From positions 9,862 through 73,861 of the forward strand of contig JACRGC010000001.1 in assembly GCA_016212475.1 (NCBI GenBank): DNA of 64,000 nt, written 5' to 3'. Shown one piece after another: positions 48,408-58,675 of the stretch (within the stretch, counting starts at the first letter, position 1; each line of letters starts with the position of its first letter). This DNA comes from Candidatus Micrarchaeota archaeon (GTDB lineage Archaea; Micrarchaeota; Micrarchaeia; Norongarragalinales; SBBD01). The notes beneath the pieces were generated by a model. It did no database searches, was not told the origin of the DNA, and worked only from the letters and a program-made list of their open reading frames with translations. The position numbers were made by a program, and so were the translations under genes.

Positions 48408-48530
48408 TTCCAATGCACCTTTGTAAGATTTTGCCATTCGATAGTATAGCAATTTAAAACATGCTCCCTGAAAGAATAAGCAGAAAGTAAATGCAAATAT
48501 GATATTTTAAGGTTATCGTCTGACACCTCC

Positions 48531-48570
48531 AGGGGAGATATCTCCCCTACGCGTGTCGCCCCTACCCCTC
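48531..48570. repeat. REP-like GC palindrome element
   Basis: AGGGGAGATATCTCCCCT then ACGCGTGTCGCCCCTACCCC; related to the 9872 copy. Confidence 0.6.
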
Positions 48571-48648
48571 TTATTTGCATTTGCGTATTTTATCTTGGTT
48601 TGGCTGATTGCCCAAACCCCCCCTTAGGCTGAAATTCGGTGTAGAAAT

Positions 48649-49767
48649 ATGGCAAAGGATTTTGTTGTAACCCCTTGGAAAGTCGAAGGTGATATCGATT
48701 ACAATCGCCTAATCAAGGAATTTGGCACAGAGCATTTGGATGATGCGCTACTTCACCGGATAAAAAAGCTAACCGGAGAATTGCACCCATTCCTTAGGCG
48801 CAAAATCTTCTTTTCCCACAGGGACATGAACTGGCTATTGGACGAATACGAAAAAGGCAACAAATTCTACCTCTATACCGGAAGGGGTCCATCCGGAAAC
48901 ACCCATATTGGGCATCTTGTCCCTTGGCTGTTCACTAAATGGTTGCAGGACAAATTCGATGTTCTCCTCTATTTTCAAATGACGGATGATGAAAAATTCC
49001 TCTTCAAGGACAATTTGAGTTTAACGCAAACCAATTCCCTCGCGTATGAAAACGCCCTTGATGTTATAGCGCTTGGATTCAAGCAAGGAAAGACGCACAT
49101 TTTTACGAACACGGACTACTCCAAAACACTCTACAAAAACGCCCTTCTCGTAGCCAAAAAGATAACCGTTTCAACAACAAAAGCGGTTTTTGGCTTCAAC
49201 GATTCCAATAACGTGGGCGAGCTGTTTTTCACATCAATGCAAGCAGTCCCTGCTTTCCTTCCGTCAGTTTTGAAGGGCAAAAACATTCCCTGCCTGATAC
49301 CGCATGCAATAGATCAGGATGCGCATTTCCGTGTTGCTCGGGATGTCCTTCCAAAGCTTGGCTTTTACAAACCAGCTGCTATCCATTGCAGGTTCCTTCC
49401 GGCGCTTGGGATTGGGGGCAAGATGAGCGCTTCTGAAAAGGATTCGGCAATTTATACAACTGATTCAGCTGATGAAATTGAAAAGAAAGTGAAAAAATAT
49501 GCATTTTCCGGAGGAAGGGCAACAATTGAAGAGCACCGAAAACTCGGCGGAAACCCCGATATTGATGTTCCCTACCAATGGCTTAGCTTTTTTGAAGAGG
49601 ATGATTCCAAGCTTAAAAAAATCCATGATGATTACAAATCCGGCAAACTCCTATCCGGCGAATTAAAGCTCATTCTAATTGAAAAGCTGCAAGTTTTCCT
49701 AAAAGAGCACCAACGGAAAAGAGAATCGGCTAGGAAAGTGCTAGACAAATTTATTTTGAAGGATTGA
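48649..49767 (+). CDS. trpS: Tryptophanyl-tRNA synthetase (archaeal/eukaryotic type)
   Basis: VTPW, YTGRGPS, HIGH, KMSAS, AFSGG. Confidence 0.96.
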   Translation: MAKDFVVTPWKVEGDIDYNRLIKEFGTEHLDDALLHRIKKLTGELHPFLRRKIFFSHRDMNWLLDEYEKGNKFYLYTGRGPSGNTHIGHLVPWLFTKWLQDKFDVLLYFQMTDDEKFLFKDNLSLTQTNSLAYENALDVIALGFKQGKTHIFTNTDYSKTLYKNALLVAKKITVSTTKAVFGFNDSNNVGELFFTSMQAVPAFLPSVLKGKNIPCLIPHAIDQDAHFRVARDVLPKLGFYKPAAIHCRFLPALGIGGKMSASEKDSAIYTTDSADEIEKKVKKYAFSGGRATIEEHRKLGGNPDIDVPYQWLSFFEEDDSKLKKIHDDYKSGKLLSGELKLILIEKLQVFLKEHQRKRESARKVLDKFILKD

Positions 49768-49836
49768 GAGATTTGCAGAATTGTTGGGCGGGACTTTTAG
49801 AATTATTTTGCTTAATCTACGTCCCAATTCTTATTT

Positions 49837-50511
49837 TCACTTATTTGGTATTTGCGCGCAAATTGAAATTTCCGGGCACTGGGCTCCAAGAGCTGAATTT
49901 GGGCAGTTTGCAATCCCCTTGCTCATTGTGATTTCATACGATCTGGCTTTTGTTGTAAGCGTGCTCCATCTTGAAACCGAAGTGGTCGGATCATCTACAT
50001 TGTAAACTCTATCTAACCCATTTTCGCAATCCGCACCTCCATCCGGGCATGGCGCATTTGTAATATCTTCACATTCCGGATTTTGGCTTTGTGCAAGTAC
50101 CATATCGCCAGCAACATCCACGCAAATCTCATCAGAAGAAGTATAGGTTTGGGTTGCTTTGTTAAATGATGCAATTTGAAGCTTCCAGCAGCCAGCAAAA
50201 TGGCCAGGGCAAGCTCCGCAGTACTGCGGCCTTGAGAAATAAACAAAACGCAAAAGATCCGTGCTGCGGCTTCCGCAATCCGGAAGCGTCAGATAGATTT
50301 TCCTGCTTGCAGGAGGGGATTGGAGTGCAAGATCCTGCATTGCCAGCTGTATCTTTTGGATTTCTCCCTTGACGGTTGATTGGCACTGCTGCTCGGAAGT
50401 ATTCCCAAAAATCAGCATTGCAATTGATAGGGATGCCAGCAGTATGATGATTGAAATCACCAGTTCAACCGGAGCGTCGACTTGGCTTTTTATCCGCCTA
50501 AAATTAACCAT
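49837..50511 (-). CDS. Pilin-like protein (class III signal), Cys-rich
   Basis: KSQVDAPVELVISIIILL. Confidence 0.7.
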   Translation of the reverse strand: MVNFRRIKSQVDAPVELVISIIILLASLSIAMLIFGNTSEQQCQSTVKGEIQKIQLAMQDLALQSPPASRKIYLTLPDCGSRSTDLLRFVYFSRPQYCGACPGHFAGCWKLQIASFNKATQTYTSSDEICVDVAGDMVLAQSQNPECEDITNAPCPDGGADCENGLDRVYNVDDPTTSVSRWSTLTTKARSYEITMSKGIANCPNSALGAQCPEISICAQIPNK

Positions 50512-50566
50512 AACAATTGAACGATTTTAGGGTATAATAATTGATTTCCCTCAGGAAAATTCATTT

Positions 50567-51037
50567 TTATGAAATCCCGCAAGCATCTACGCAATCCTTA
50601 GTTGCATCTGATGGCGTTCTGGAAAAGCTTACGCAATATTTAGGCATAATTTCCCTATCCTTGTTGACGCAAGCACCCATGTAAACCTCATATTTCGATT
50701 TTGCCTTGAATACATTGTTTTCGATTGAAAATGGCTCTCCGTTGCATATTCCAGAATCTTTGCACACAAATGTAAATTCATCTTCCTGAACTGGCAATTC
50801 TCCAAGAGCTTCTTTCCTATACATTGAAGTGCCGGGCTCAAAAGATACTTTTGAAGGGGCACTAGTGCCAAATCCCTTCGAATATTGCAAAGTCAATTCT
50901 TTGTTGATTATACTTTTTGCATCATTTCCCGGAGGTTTAATTTGGCTAATTATGAATAGAATGATTCCTAAAATAGCAAGTGCCACAATGACGCTGATAA
51001 CCAAATTCATTGATTCGAATGCTTGTCCTCGTTTCAT
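50567..51037 (-). CDS. Pilin-like protein (class III signal)
   Basis: KRGQAFESMNLVISVIVALAILG; paralog of 51237-51719. Confidence 0.75.
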   Translation of the reverse strand: MKRGQAFESMNLVISVIVALAILGIILFIISQIKPPGNDAKSIINKELTLQYSKGFGTSAPSKVSFEPGTSMYRKEALGELPVQEDEFTFVCKDSGICNGEPFSIENNVFKAKSKYEVYMGACVNKDREIMPKYCVSFSRTPSDATKDCVDACGIS

Positions 51038-51225
51038 TTTATCACCATTTTTAATAGAAAATTTGCAGTCCCAACAATGCTTTTGCTCTCGGCCAAATTG
51101 CCGCTTGCCGTATCCGACGCCCCCCTAAGTATTGGCTTTAGCATCGTGAAAATCAAGATTGCGGCAATTACCATTACAATCAGCATGTAAATTGGTGTCC
51201 ATTCGCTTGCGCCCTTAAGTTTCAA
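51034..51225 (-). CDS. Short pilin-like protein
   Basis: KGASEWTPIYMLIVMVIAAIL. Confidence 0.65.
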   Translation of the reverse strand: MKLKGASEWTPIYMLIVMVIAAILIFTMLKPILRGASDTASGNLAESKSIVGTANFLLKMVIK

Positions 51226-51236
51226 TTGGTTTCACC

Positions 51237-51719
51237 TTAGCCTCCAAGGCATCCCTTGTCGCATGATTCGGTTGCGCCTGTTTCCGTCCTCGAAAATGCA
51301 ACGCAGTATTTTGCGCCATTGTCATTGCTTGCATCCCCGCAAACCGCAACGAAAACTTCGACGTTGTTTTTGATCACTACTCTTTTATCGTCCTTTTCCA
51401 ATGAAATTGCCTTATCCGATCCGCAAATTGCATCATCATCGCAAACGAACTTCACATCATCTTCAAGAATTGGAATATCCGTGATTACCCCCTTGACATC
51501 AATAATGGATTTTGAAAGTGTAAGTTTTCTTGGCACTTCAATCCCATATCCCTTGGTTTGCACTTTCTTAAGATCCTGGCTCATGGTTGCTGCGGGGTCG
51601 GATGGGTTGAAAATTTTGACAATCCCAAGAATTTGCAATAATACCCCAAGGATTGCTAGCGCAACAATAACCGAAATAACCAGCATCATGGTTTCGAAAG
51701 CCTGACCTCTGTTTGCCAT
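51237..51719 (-). CDS. Pilin-like protein (class III signal)
   Basis: RGQAFETMMLVISVIVALAILG; GAGGT RBS. Confidence 0.75.
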   Translation of the reverse strand: MANRGQAFETMMLVISVIVALAILGVLLQILGIVKIFNPSDPAATMSQDLKKVQTKGYGIEVPRKLTLSKSIIDVKGVITDIPILEDDVKFVCDDDAICGSDKAISLEKDDKRVVIKNNVEVFVAVCGDASNDNGAKYCVAFSRTETGATESCDKGCLGG

Positions 51720-51911
51720 AGTGACCTACCTCTTAAAAGCAATATTGGGATTTAAGCTTTGGCGGTTTAAAAACCTTGTGAAATCAAAGCAGACTATTTG
51801 CCTTCTATTCTATCCCATTTGAGTTGCAATCCAACTTTTTTCTCAGTATTCCTCCCAATTCTTCCGCCGCAAAGGTTATATTTTCTTCCGAACCGTATCA
51901 TTACTTGGGCG

Positions 51912-52799
51912 ATGTCCATGACCGGAGTATTCACTGATTCCTGGGAAATGTTCAAATTCAGCTTCACTTGGCTAAAAGACAAGGACAGTGTGAGGCTGTT
52001 TGCAGCTTCCTCGCTTCTTGCGATTTCATACGTTTTCATATCCTCCTTTTTCCTTGGCTGGGATGGCGCGCAAGATTTCAGCCAATATTACATGAATTCC
52101 ATATCCGGGAAAGCCACTTATGATTCCTCGACAATGCTATTCCTTGGGGCAATTGGAGTTGTGGTTTTCCTATTGCAATTATGGCTTTCAACCGAAGCAT
52201 TTGTCAATGCATTGAACAAGGTTGGCATTAAAACCCCCCGGTTCAATTTTACGCGTATTTTTAAATTCATTCTGGTCTATATCGGCACGGTTTTAGCTGC
52301 GTTTTTCTCAACTTATGATTTGCGCTTCCTTGCAATTCCGGCCCTTGCAATTATTATCCTTCTGGCTGCGCCGGCAGAATTTTTGATTTCGGCAATCCTT
52401 TTGGCCCTTTACCTTGTTGTAATCGGCTACTTTTCGTTCAGGCTTATGTTTTCGATTGATTTTTACCTAATAAAAAAAAGCGGCATTAGGGAATCATTAG
52501 ACCTTACATATTCGCTAACAAAAGGCAGGGTAAAAAAAATATTCCTAAGGTATATTGCAGTCATGTTCCTATTGATAGTTATCATGGCATTGGCAGGGTT
52601 GGTCTTTGGGATGATTTTTGCAATCATTGGGTACTTTTCCCAGAATGCTTTCTATAGTCTTGCTTTAACGAAAATATTCGATTCGATTCTAAATGTGGGT
52701 TTGAATTTTGGAATGATGTATTTCGGGGCTTACCTGCTTTTCCTTGTTGTAACCTGGGCTGGCAAATCCTCGCCAATCAAGTTTGCAAGGAAAAAATAG
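51912..52799 (+). CDS. Multi-pass membrane protein
   Basis: 6-7 TMs; ESLDLTYSLTKG. Confidence 0.7.
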   Translation: MSMTGVFTDSWEMFKFSFTWLKDKDSVRLFAASSLLAISYVFISSFFLGWDGAQDFSQYYMNSISGKATYDSSTMLFLGAIGVVVFLLQLWLSTEAFVNALNKVGIKTPRFNFTRIFKFILVYIGTVLAAFFSTYDLRFLAIPALAIIILLAAPAEFLISAILLALYLVVIGYFSFRLMFSIDFYLIKKSGIRESLDLTYSLTKGRVKKIFLRYIAVMFLLIVIMALAGLVFGMIFAIIGYFSQNAFYSLALTKIFDSILNVGLNFGMMYFGAYLLFLVVTWAGKSSPIKFARKK

Positions 52800-52821
52800 C
52801 CTGAAAAATAATTTATTCCGT

Positions 52822-53355
52822 TTAAAATTGGGGTTTGGGTTTACGTCTTATTTTCATCCCAATTTCGCATTCATTGATACTTGCCTCGATTTTTTTCCTA
52901 AGCGCTCCAAGCCTTGTCTTGTTGAAAAAAACCGGGAGCTTTTTCTTCCACCTATTTGTTATCCTGCCCGCCATTCCCCTGCCGATATTGTCGTTTTCAA
53001 TTGATTCGAAAAGGCCCTTCACCACTTCCCTTGCAGCCAAAATGTCTTTCTTACTTGCCAAAATTATCGTTGCATTCTTGATTTTTGGGTGTTTTTCATC
53101 CATTTCAAGCACCTTGAATTCGCTTCCAATAATCCTTTTGCTTGCATGCCCGAATTTGAGCCTGTTTTCAGGATCAAAAAACAGCTGAGTGCCATTTTTC
53201 ATATCCGTTAGTGCAAAATAAGGCTTTTCCCCCCTCCCAATATCCATCCAGTAGTTTTCGCTATAAATTCCCCTCCTTCCTTGCGGCTGTTTTGAAAATA
53301 GCTGAAGGATTCCGATTGGATGCTTCCCAAATGAGAACGCGCTTTCCGGTTTCAT
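52822..53355 (-). CDS. Hypothetical protein
   Basis: 177-aa ORF with ATG start. Confidence 0.5.
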   Translation of the reverse strand: MKPESAFSFGKHPIGILQLFSKQPQGRRGIYSENYWMDIGRGEKPYFALTDMKNGTQLFFDPENRLKFGHASKRIIGSEFKVLEMDEKHPKIKNATIILASKKDILAAREVVKGLFESIENDNIGRGMAGRITNRWKKKLPVFFNKTRLGALRKKIEASINECEIGMKIRRKPKPQF

Positions 53356-53887
53356 ATGCTATTAGTTGCCTATCCGGAATAATATGGTTTGCCTTTGAAT
53401 CCAGCATGTTTTGCAAAATATTCCAAAATCAGCAAATAAAAACAATTATTAACCGGCAAATGCCAAATATGTAAAAGCAATAGCTCAGATCGTAACAATG
53501 CGTCATCAAAACCCTAGGCAGGTTTTTCAGGAGGTTCTTTTTTCATCATCGCTATTGCTTCCTCCTTGCAGGGAGGGCGCTAGCGTGATGATTTTATTTT
53601 AAAACCACTAATTGACTTTTCTAGCCCTAATTTTTCCGGCATATTGTTCGCCATTATGCCTCCGACGACTAGAAGTTGCACTATTTCAAGCTTATATTAA
53701 TTTTTAGGGGTGCTTTCGGGTGGTTTAAGAGTGTGGGGCAAATTCAGTCCAAACTACTAATTCAACAAGTAAAGCCCAAATGTAATTGGCTATTTTTCTT
53801 TTCCATTTTCGAGTTTGACGTCTATCAAAAATGGCAAATGCCCCCCCTTACAAATGATTTTATAGCCTTGGGATAAATACTGTGATT

Positions 53888-54469
53888 ATGGGCAAACCAT
53901 CAAGTATCGCATCCAGAAGAATTTTGTCCCCAAAGCAAAGTGAAGAAGTGCTCTTGGCATTGAAAGTTCGTTTTGGAAAAAACATGGAACGCCATCAGGG
54001 CCTTGAATGGGCAAAAGTTCAATCAAAGCTGGATTCTAATTCTGACAAACTGTGGCCACTTAGTGAAATGGATAGGACCGGCGGCGAGCCCGATGTCATT
54101 GGCTTTGATAAAAAAACCGGCGAATACGTTTTTTTTGATTGCTCAAAAGAAAGCCCAAGCGGCAGGAGAAGCCTTTGCTATGATAAAGAAGCGTTGGATT
54201 CAAGGAAAGAGCATAAGCCTAAAAATAGCGCAATTGGAATGGCTGTTGAAATGGGCATTGAAATTTTATCTGAAGAGCAATATAAGGAGTTGCAAAAACT
54301 TGGGAATTTCGATATGAAAACATCAAGCTGGGTGAAAACTCCTTCCGAAATCAGGAAACTCGCAGGCGCCATCTATTGTGATTTCCGCTACGGCAAGGTC
54401 TTTACATACCACAACGGTGCAGAATCCTACTATGCCGTCAGGGGATTTCGCGGTTCGCTTAGGGTATAA
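53888..54469 (+). CDS. DUF4256-family protein
   Basis: MDRTGGEPDV, ESPSGRRSLCYD, KTSSWVKTP, YHNGAESYY..RGFRGSL. Confidence 0.8.
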   Translation: MGKPSSIASRRILSPKQSEEVLLALKVRFGKNMERHQGLEWAKVQSKLDSNSDKLWPLSEMDRTGGEPDVIGFDKKTGEYVFFDCSKESPSGRRSLCYDKEALDSRKEHKPKNSAIGMAVEMGIEILSEEQYKELQKLGNFDMKTSSWVKTPSEIRKLAGAIYCDFRYGKVFTYHNGAESYYAVRGFRGSLRV

Positions 54470-54515
54470 ATTCGGGCTTTGAATTTTTTCCATCCAAATA
54501 CTGTAAAACAAGGAG

Positions 54516-54589
54516 TGCCGCTGGGGTGATTTGAACACCCGACATACCGGTCTTCAGCCGGACGCTCTCCCAGGCTGAGCTACAGCGGC
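54516..54589 (-). tRNA. tRNA-Phe(GAA), intron-less
   Basis: GCCGCTGTAGCTCAGCCTGGGAGAGCGTCCGGCTGAAGACCGGTATGTCGGGTGTTCAAATCACCCCAGCGGCA. Confidence 0.95.
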
Positions 54590-54730
54590 AACAACAAAAT
54601 AGGGAGAAATAATACGCTTCTTAGCAGTTAAAAAACTATTTATCGAAGCCTTTGTCAAGATTCCAACTTTTAGAGGGGATTATGATCCCGGCAAAAGTTA
54701 GAATTATGGTCTTTAGTAGGGGAACGAGCA

Positions 54731-54765
54731 ATCGGCTCAAGGGGGAAACTTCCCCCGTCGCCGAT
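54731..54765. repeat. Hairpin/REP-like element just 3' of tRNA-Gly
   Basis: ATCGGC...GGGGGAAACTTCCCCC...GCCGAT. Confidence 0.5.
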
Positions 54766-54767
54766 AG

Positions 54768-54840
54768 TGCGACTGCCGGGATTTGAACCCGGGTCCCAAG
54801 ATTGGCAACCTTGTGTCCTACCAGGCTGGACTACAATCGC
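54768..54840 (-). tRNA. tRNA-Gly(GCC), intron-less
   Basis: GCGATTGTAGTCCAGCCTGGTAGGACACAAGGTTGCCAATCTTGGGACCCGGGTTCAAATCCCGGCAGTCGCA. Confidence 0.95.
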
Positions 54841-54923
54841 TTAGAAGGGTATGGTTATTCCTTGAAATTATTATTAACCGTTGCGGTTGGATGGATTTTG
54901 TTTAGTTTGCAATCCCTAAGTGT

Positions 54924-56573
54924 TTACCATTTCTTGACCAAGAAAAGGAACAGGAACAAGAACATGACAATTCCGGTAATGGCATACTCGTTCCTAACCC
55001 CGGGAATGTATGATTCCGGCTCATTTGTTGGCGTTGAAATGACAAAAGGTGCATCTGGCGTTGGAGCCGGGGTGGATTCCAAATTCACGGAAAAAGGCTG
55101 GGTAACTTCGAATTTATCCGTGTTGATTACAAATTCGCCCGAAAATTTCTCAAGGGATTTTTTCAAAGTAAAACCAACTATTATTTCCGACCCAACTGTA
55201 ATCGAAAAAGGCTTTTCTTGTGTTTCATCCCCGACTTTGATTGCAATTGTCCCTGCCGAATCCACATTCCCAAGGTTCTTGATTTTGGCAGCCACCTGCA
55301 CAAGCCCTCCATTTTCAACCGAAGTGATATCCGTAATTTGCAATTCTTCGGATTTTTCAGCATTCGCATCCTTTGATGCCAAAATTGTTCCTTCTGCATT
55401 TTGTCCAAGGCTTTCTACTTTAACTGGGAATTTGTAATCATAGCCCTCCTGAAGGGGTGGCAAAATCACCTTCCACGCAATTTCTTTTTCCTCTCCGGGC
55501 ATAAGTAAAACCAATTTATCCTCGTTAACGGAATTTTCGCCTGGAATTTTCACTTCCGGCGGGACTTGAAGTGAAAGGGGGATAGCAATCCTGTTTGGCC
55601 CGTTTTTCAATTTTACTTTCACTTCCTCGATTGATTTTTCCCCAACCGTATTTATTGGCAAAACCATTTCAATTTCGAACAATTTTGGGAATTTTCCTGT
55701 TCCCTCAAAATTTACCGAAAAATCCCTGATCAATTTGATTTTGGAAACATCCGCCCCAAAGCTCTTGATCGAAATATCCTCCTTGATGTCGCCCTGATCA
55801 AACCCCTCCCCGAATTTTATGTGGGTCGCATCCAAAATTATCCCCTCATTGAATGTCGGGTCGAACGGAAGCCATTTGCCATCGATTGCAACCTCAACAA
55901 AAGCATGCGCGCCCCAATCCGTCCCCGAATAAACATACGAGGCTGAGAATTTGGCAGGAATCCCAATTGCGCGAACCATTGCAATGAAAAGATGCGAAAA
56001 CTCATCGCAAGTTCCAGCCCGCTCGGTATAGACCGCATCCGATCCTTTTACGAGTGAAATGTACGCCTTATCATAACGCACGTTGTTGTGGACAAACTGC
56101 GCAATTGCAACCACTTTTTCCAAATCCGTAGCATAATCACTTGCAATCGAAAGTGCCTTCGATCTTATTTCCGGGGTGCTTATGATGTATTTGCTATCCT
56201 TTAGGTAATTCCCAGAATCGCCAGCGGTTGGAAAATCAAACCCGAACCTCACATCAACTTGCGAATTCATGGAAAATGTCTGGTAGTTTTTGGAAGGGTC
56301 CAAATTGAAAGTTTTTATCTTGTTCCCAAACGCATCCATCGATTCGCTGGCTGGCGGGTTTGTAATTTCGGTTACGCGGTTTTGCGAGGCGTAATTCCCA
56401 AAACTGAATGTGCGCACCTGCAATTCATTTAGTGTTTGGCCTCCAAGATCCACTCTCCATTCTAGCTTGATGTTTGCAGTTGCTGTCCCGGTTTTCTTTG
56501 GTTCGATATCAGCTGCGCTTGCCAAATGCAAAAGCAATAGCGCAAGAATTATTGCAAAGAATGGTTTTTTCAT
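54924..56573 (-). CDS. Secreted, membrane-anchored transglutaminase-like protein
   Basis: Triad motifs GTCDEFS, HAFVEV, FDPT; signal peptide; C-terminal TM. Confidence 0.88.
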   Translation of the reverse strand: MKKPFFAIILALLLLHLASAADIEPKKTGTATANIKLEWRVDLGGQTLNELQVRTFSFGNYASQNRVTEITNPPASESMDAFGNKIKTFNLDPSKNYQTFSMNSQVDVRFGFDFPTAGDSGNYLKDSKYIISTPEIRSKALSIASDYATDLEKVVAIAQFVHNNVRYDKAYISLVKGSDAVYTERAGTCDEFSHLFIAMVRAIGIPAKFSASYVYSGTDWGAHAFVEVAIDGKWLPFDPTFNEGIILDATHIKFGEGFDQGDIKEDISIKSFGADVSKIKLIRDFSVNFEGTGKFPKLFEIEMVLPINTVGEKSIEEVKVKLKNGPNRIAIPLSLQVPPEVKIPGENSVNEDKLVLLMPGEEKEIAWKVILPPLQEGYDYKFPVKVESLGQNAEGTILASKDANAEKSEELQITDITSVENGGLVQVAAKIKNLGNVDSAGTIAIKVGDETQEKPFSITVGSEIIVGFTLKKSLEKFSGEFVINTDKFEVTQPFSVNLESTPAPTPDAPFVISTPTNEPESYIPGVRNEYAITGIVMFLFLFLFLVKKW

Positions 56574-56650
56574 CTGATCAATTTGTTTTGCGGATGTGAA
56601 AATTAAATTATTCGCTTTTTATGAAGCTTAATGCTGATATTTTGATTGGC

Positions 56651-57913
56651 TTATTTTACCCATGCGTATTTTGCCTTTCCATCGAGCCTATCTTCGATTC
56701 TTAGGAGTTGGTTGTATTTTGCTGTTCTCTCTCCGCGCGCGGGCGCTCCAAGCTTTATTTGCTTGCAATTTAGCGCCACAGCAAGGTCTGCAATGAACGG
56801 ATCCTCGGTTTCTCCTGATCTATGGCTAACCATCACGTTCCATCCGTGCTTGTATGCGAAGTTGCAGGCAACAAAGCTCTCCGAAAGCGATCCAATCTGG
56901 TTGACTTTCAAAAGAAGGCAGTTGCCGCATTCCAGTTCAATTGCCTTCTTTAGCCGTTTTGTGTTCGTAACCGTCAAATCATCGCCAACGATTTGTATTT
57001 TCGAGCCGATCTTTTTGTTTAGCTCGGAAAAGCTTTCCCATTCATCCTCCCCAAAAGGGTCTTCAATCGAAACCAATTTGAAATTTTTGATCAAATCCAT
57101 GTAATAATCAACAAGTTCACCATCAACAAATGCCTTTCCATCGACAACATACCTGCCATTTAGGTAAAATTCGCTGGCAGCTGCGTCCATTGCAATCCTT
57201 GTCTCTTTTGAATATCCAAGCTCATCAATTGCCTTTTGTATCAATTCAAGTGCCGAAGCTGTTGTATTCAGCGGAGGAGCAAAGCCTCCTTCATCGCCTA
57301 CATTAACCGCAGAACTACCGAATTTCTTCTTCAAGGATCCCTTGAGGGAATGGTAAATCTCAACAATTATCCTCGATGCCTGCGAAAAGCTTTTGGCATG
57401 TGTTGGCGCAATCATGAATTCTTGAATCTTAAGCCCAGTTCCAGCATGGAGCCCGCCGTTAATGATATTTGCAAATGGCACTGGCATGTTGAAATTTGGC
57501 TTTTTTTCAAGATTTGCAATGTATTCGAAAATCTCCTTTTTTTCCGCAAGCGCGCCGGCTTTGGCAAATGCAATTGAAACCGCAAGTATTGCATTCGAGC
57601 CGAGGTTGCTTTTGTCTTCGGTCCCATCCAACTTGAATAATATGGCGTCCAATTCCCCCTGATTTCTTGGATCCTTCCCTTCTATTTTTTTTGCGATTAC
57701 CGTGTTGATGTTCTTAACTGCTTTTTGCACGCCTTTCCCAAGGAATCTCCTATCGCCGTCGCGAAGCTCTCTTGCCTCGTGCGAACCTGTTGACATTCCG
57801 GATGGCACAATTGCCCTAACCCTCCTTCCATTATCCAAATCAATTTCGCATTCAACCGTTGGGGTTGCCCTGCTATCCAAAAGCTCCCTTCCATGCACGC
57901 GTTCAATCCTCAT
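56651..57913 (-). CDS. eno: Enolase
   Basis: LDSRATPTVE, VGDEGGFAP, IVGDDL, SHRSGETED, RTAKYNQLLRIE. Confidence 0.98.
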   Translation of the reverse strand: MRIERVHGRELLDSRATPTVECEIDLDNGRRVRAIVPSGMSTGSHEARELRDGDRRFLGKGVQKAVKNINTVIAKKIEGKDPRNQGELDAILFKLDGTEDKSNLGSNAILAVSIAFAKAGALAEKKEIFEYIANLEKKPNFNMPVPFANIINGGLHAGTGLKIQEFMIAPTHAKSFSQASRIIVEIYHSLKGSLKKKFGSSAVNVGDEGGFAPPLNTTASALELIQKAIDELGYSKETRIAMDAAASEFYLNGRYVVDGKAFVDGELVDYYMDLIKNFKLVSIEDPFGEDEWESFSELNKKIGSKIQIVGDDLTVTNTKRLKKAIELECGNCLLLKVNQIGSLSESFVACNFAYKHGWNVMVSHRSGETEDPFIADLAVALNCKQIKLGAPARGERTAKYNQLLRIEDRLDGKAKYAWVK

Positions 57914-57954
57914 AAATCTCACTTGGAATTATTTTCATCAACTTAGAATTTCAT

Positions 57955-58575
57955 TTAGGGGGTTCCTCCAAAAATCCCAGCTCCTACGCTGTTTCCTGTA
58001 ATGATTTGCTCAATGTACATGTACTCGTTTATGAATGAATCCAGTAATTCCCCAAATACTCCATCCGGGTAGATGTATGCAAGCCCAAAGAATACTATGA
58101 ACCCAAAAATCACTCCGTAATCAAACCACCTAACTTCCAGCGGATCCTTTTCCTTGAATGGGTTCATGCTCTTGATCCCTTCCTCGGCAATTCCCGAAAC
58201 TTTTATCAGGTGGGCAAACCTGCTATATCGCATGAAGATTAGTGCAAAAACCGTTGCAACAATGATGTTTGAGAATTTTATCAAAACAATGTAGGAGGCA
58301 ACCGACATGATGCCGCCGATGAAGAACACGCCCCTATAGATGCTTTTTGCGCCTGCAACCATCGCTTTTTCCTTGGATGTAAGCATCTGTTTTGAGAGGT
58401 GCCAAATCTCATTTGCCTCATGGTCGTTGAACCCTTCGCTTAACAGGTAATATTTGCAGATTACATAGTCTTTTCCTTGCATCCGCATCTCCTTTACGGA
58501 TTTAACTGCCTTAAGCGTTTTTTCCGTAAGCGTTGGGGTTATTGGAAGCTGGTTTGAGGGGGGTTCTTGGGCCAT
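57955..58575 (-). CDS. Hypothetical membrane protein
   Basis: 206 aa with 3 TMs. Confidence 0.65.
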   Translation of the reverse strand: MAQEPPSNQLPITPTLTEKTLKAVKSVKEMRMQGKDYVICKYYLLSEGFNDHEANEIWHLSKQMLTSKEKAMVAGAKSIYRGVFFIGGIMSVASYIVLIKFSNIIVATVFALIFMRYSRFAHLIKVSGIAEEGIKSMNPFKEKDPLEVRWFDYGVIFGFIVFFGLAYIYPDGVFGELLDSFINEYMYIEQIITGNSVGAGIFGGTP

Positions 58576-58675
58576 ACTTAAGAAAAGAACACGCCATTTG
58601 AATAAATATCTATTTGATCACCCGAATTGAGGGCTTCCCGGCTTGTTTTTTAATCAAAGTGCAAATAAGCACTAT

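Noticed and set aside
53475-53590. Possible structured RNA (AGCAATAGC/GCTATTGCT; CCTCC..GGAGG)
   Set aside because: Isolated stems with no recognisable motif, tRNA fragment or second copy
54516-54840. Integrated element or introns at tRNA-Phe and tRNA-Gly
   Set aside because: Both tRNAs are contiguous; no integrase or duplicated 3' end was seen
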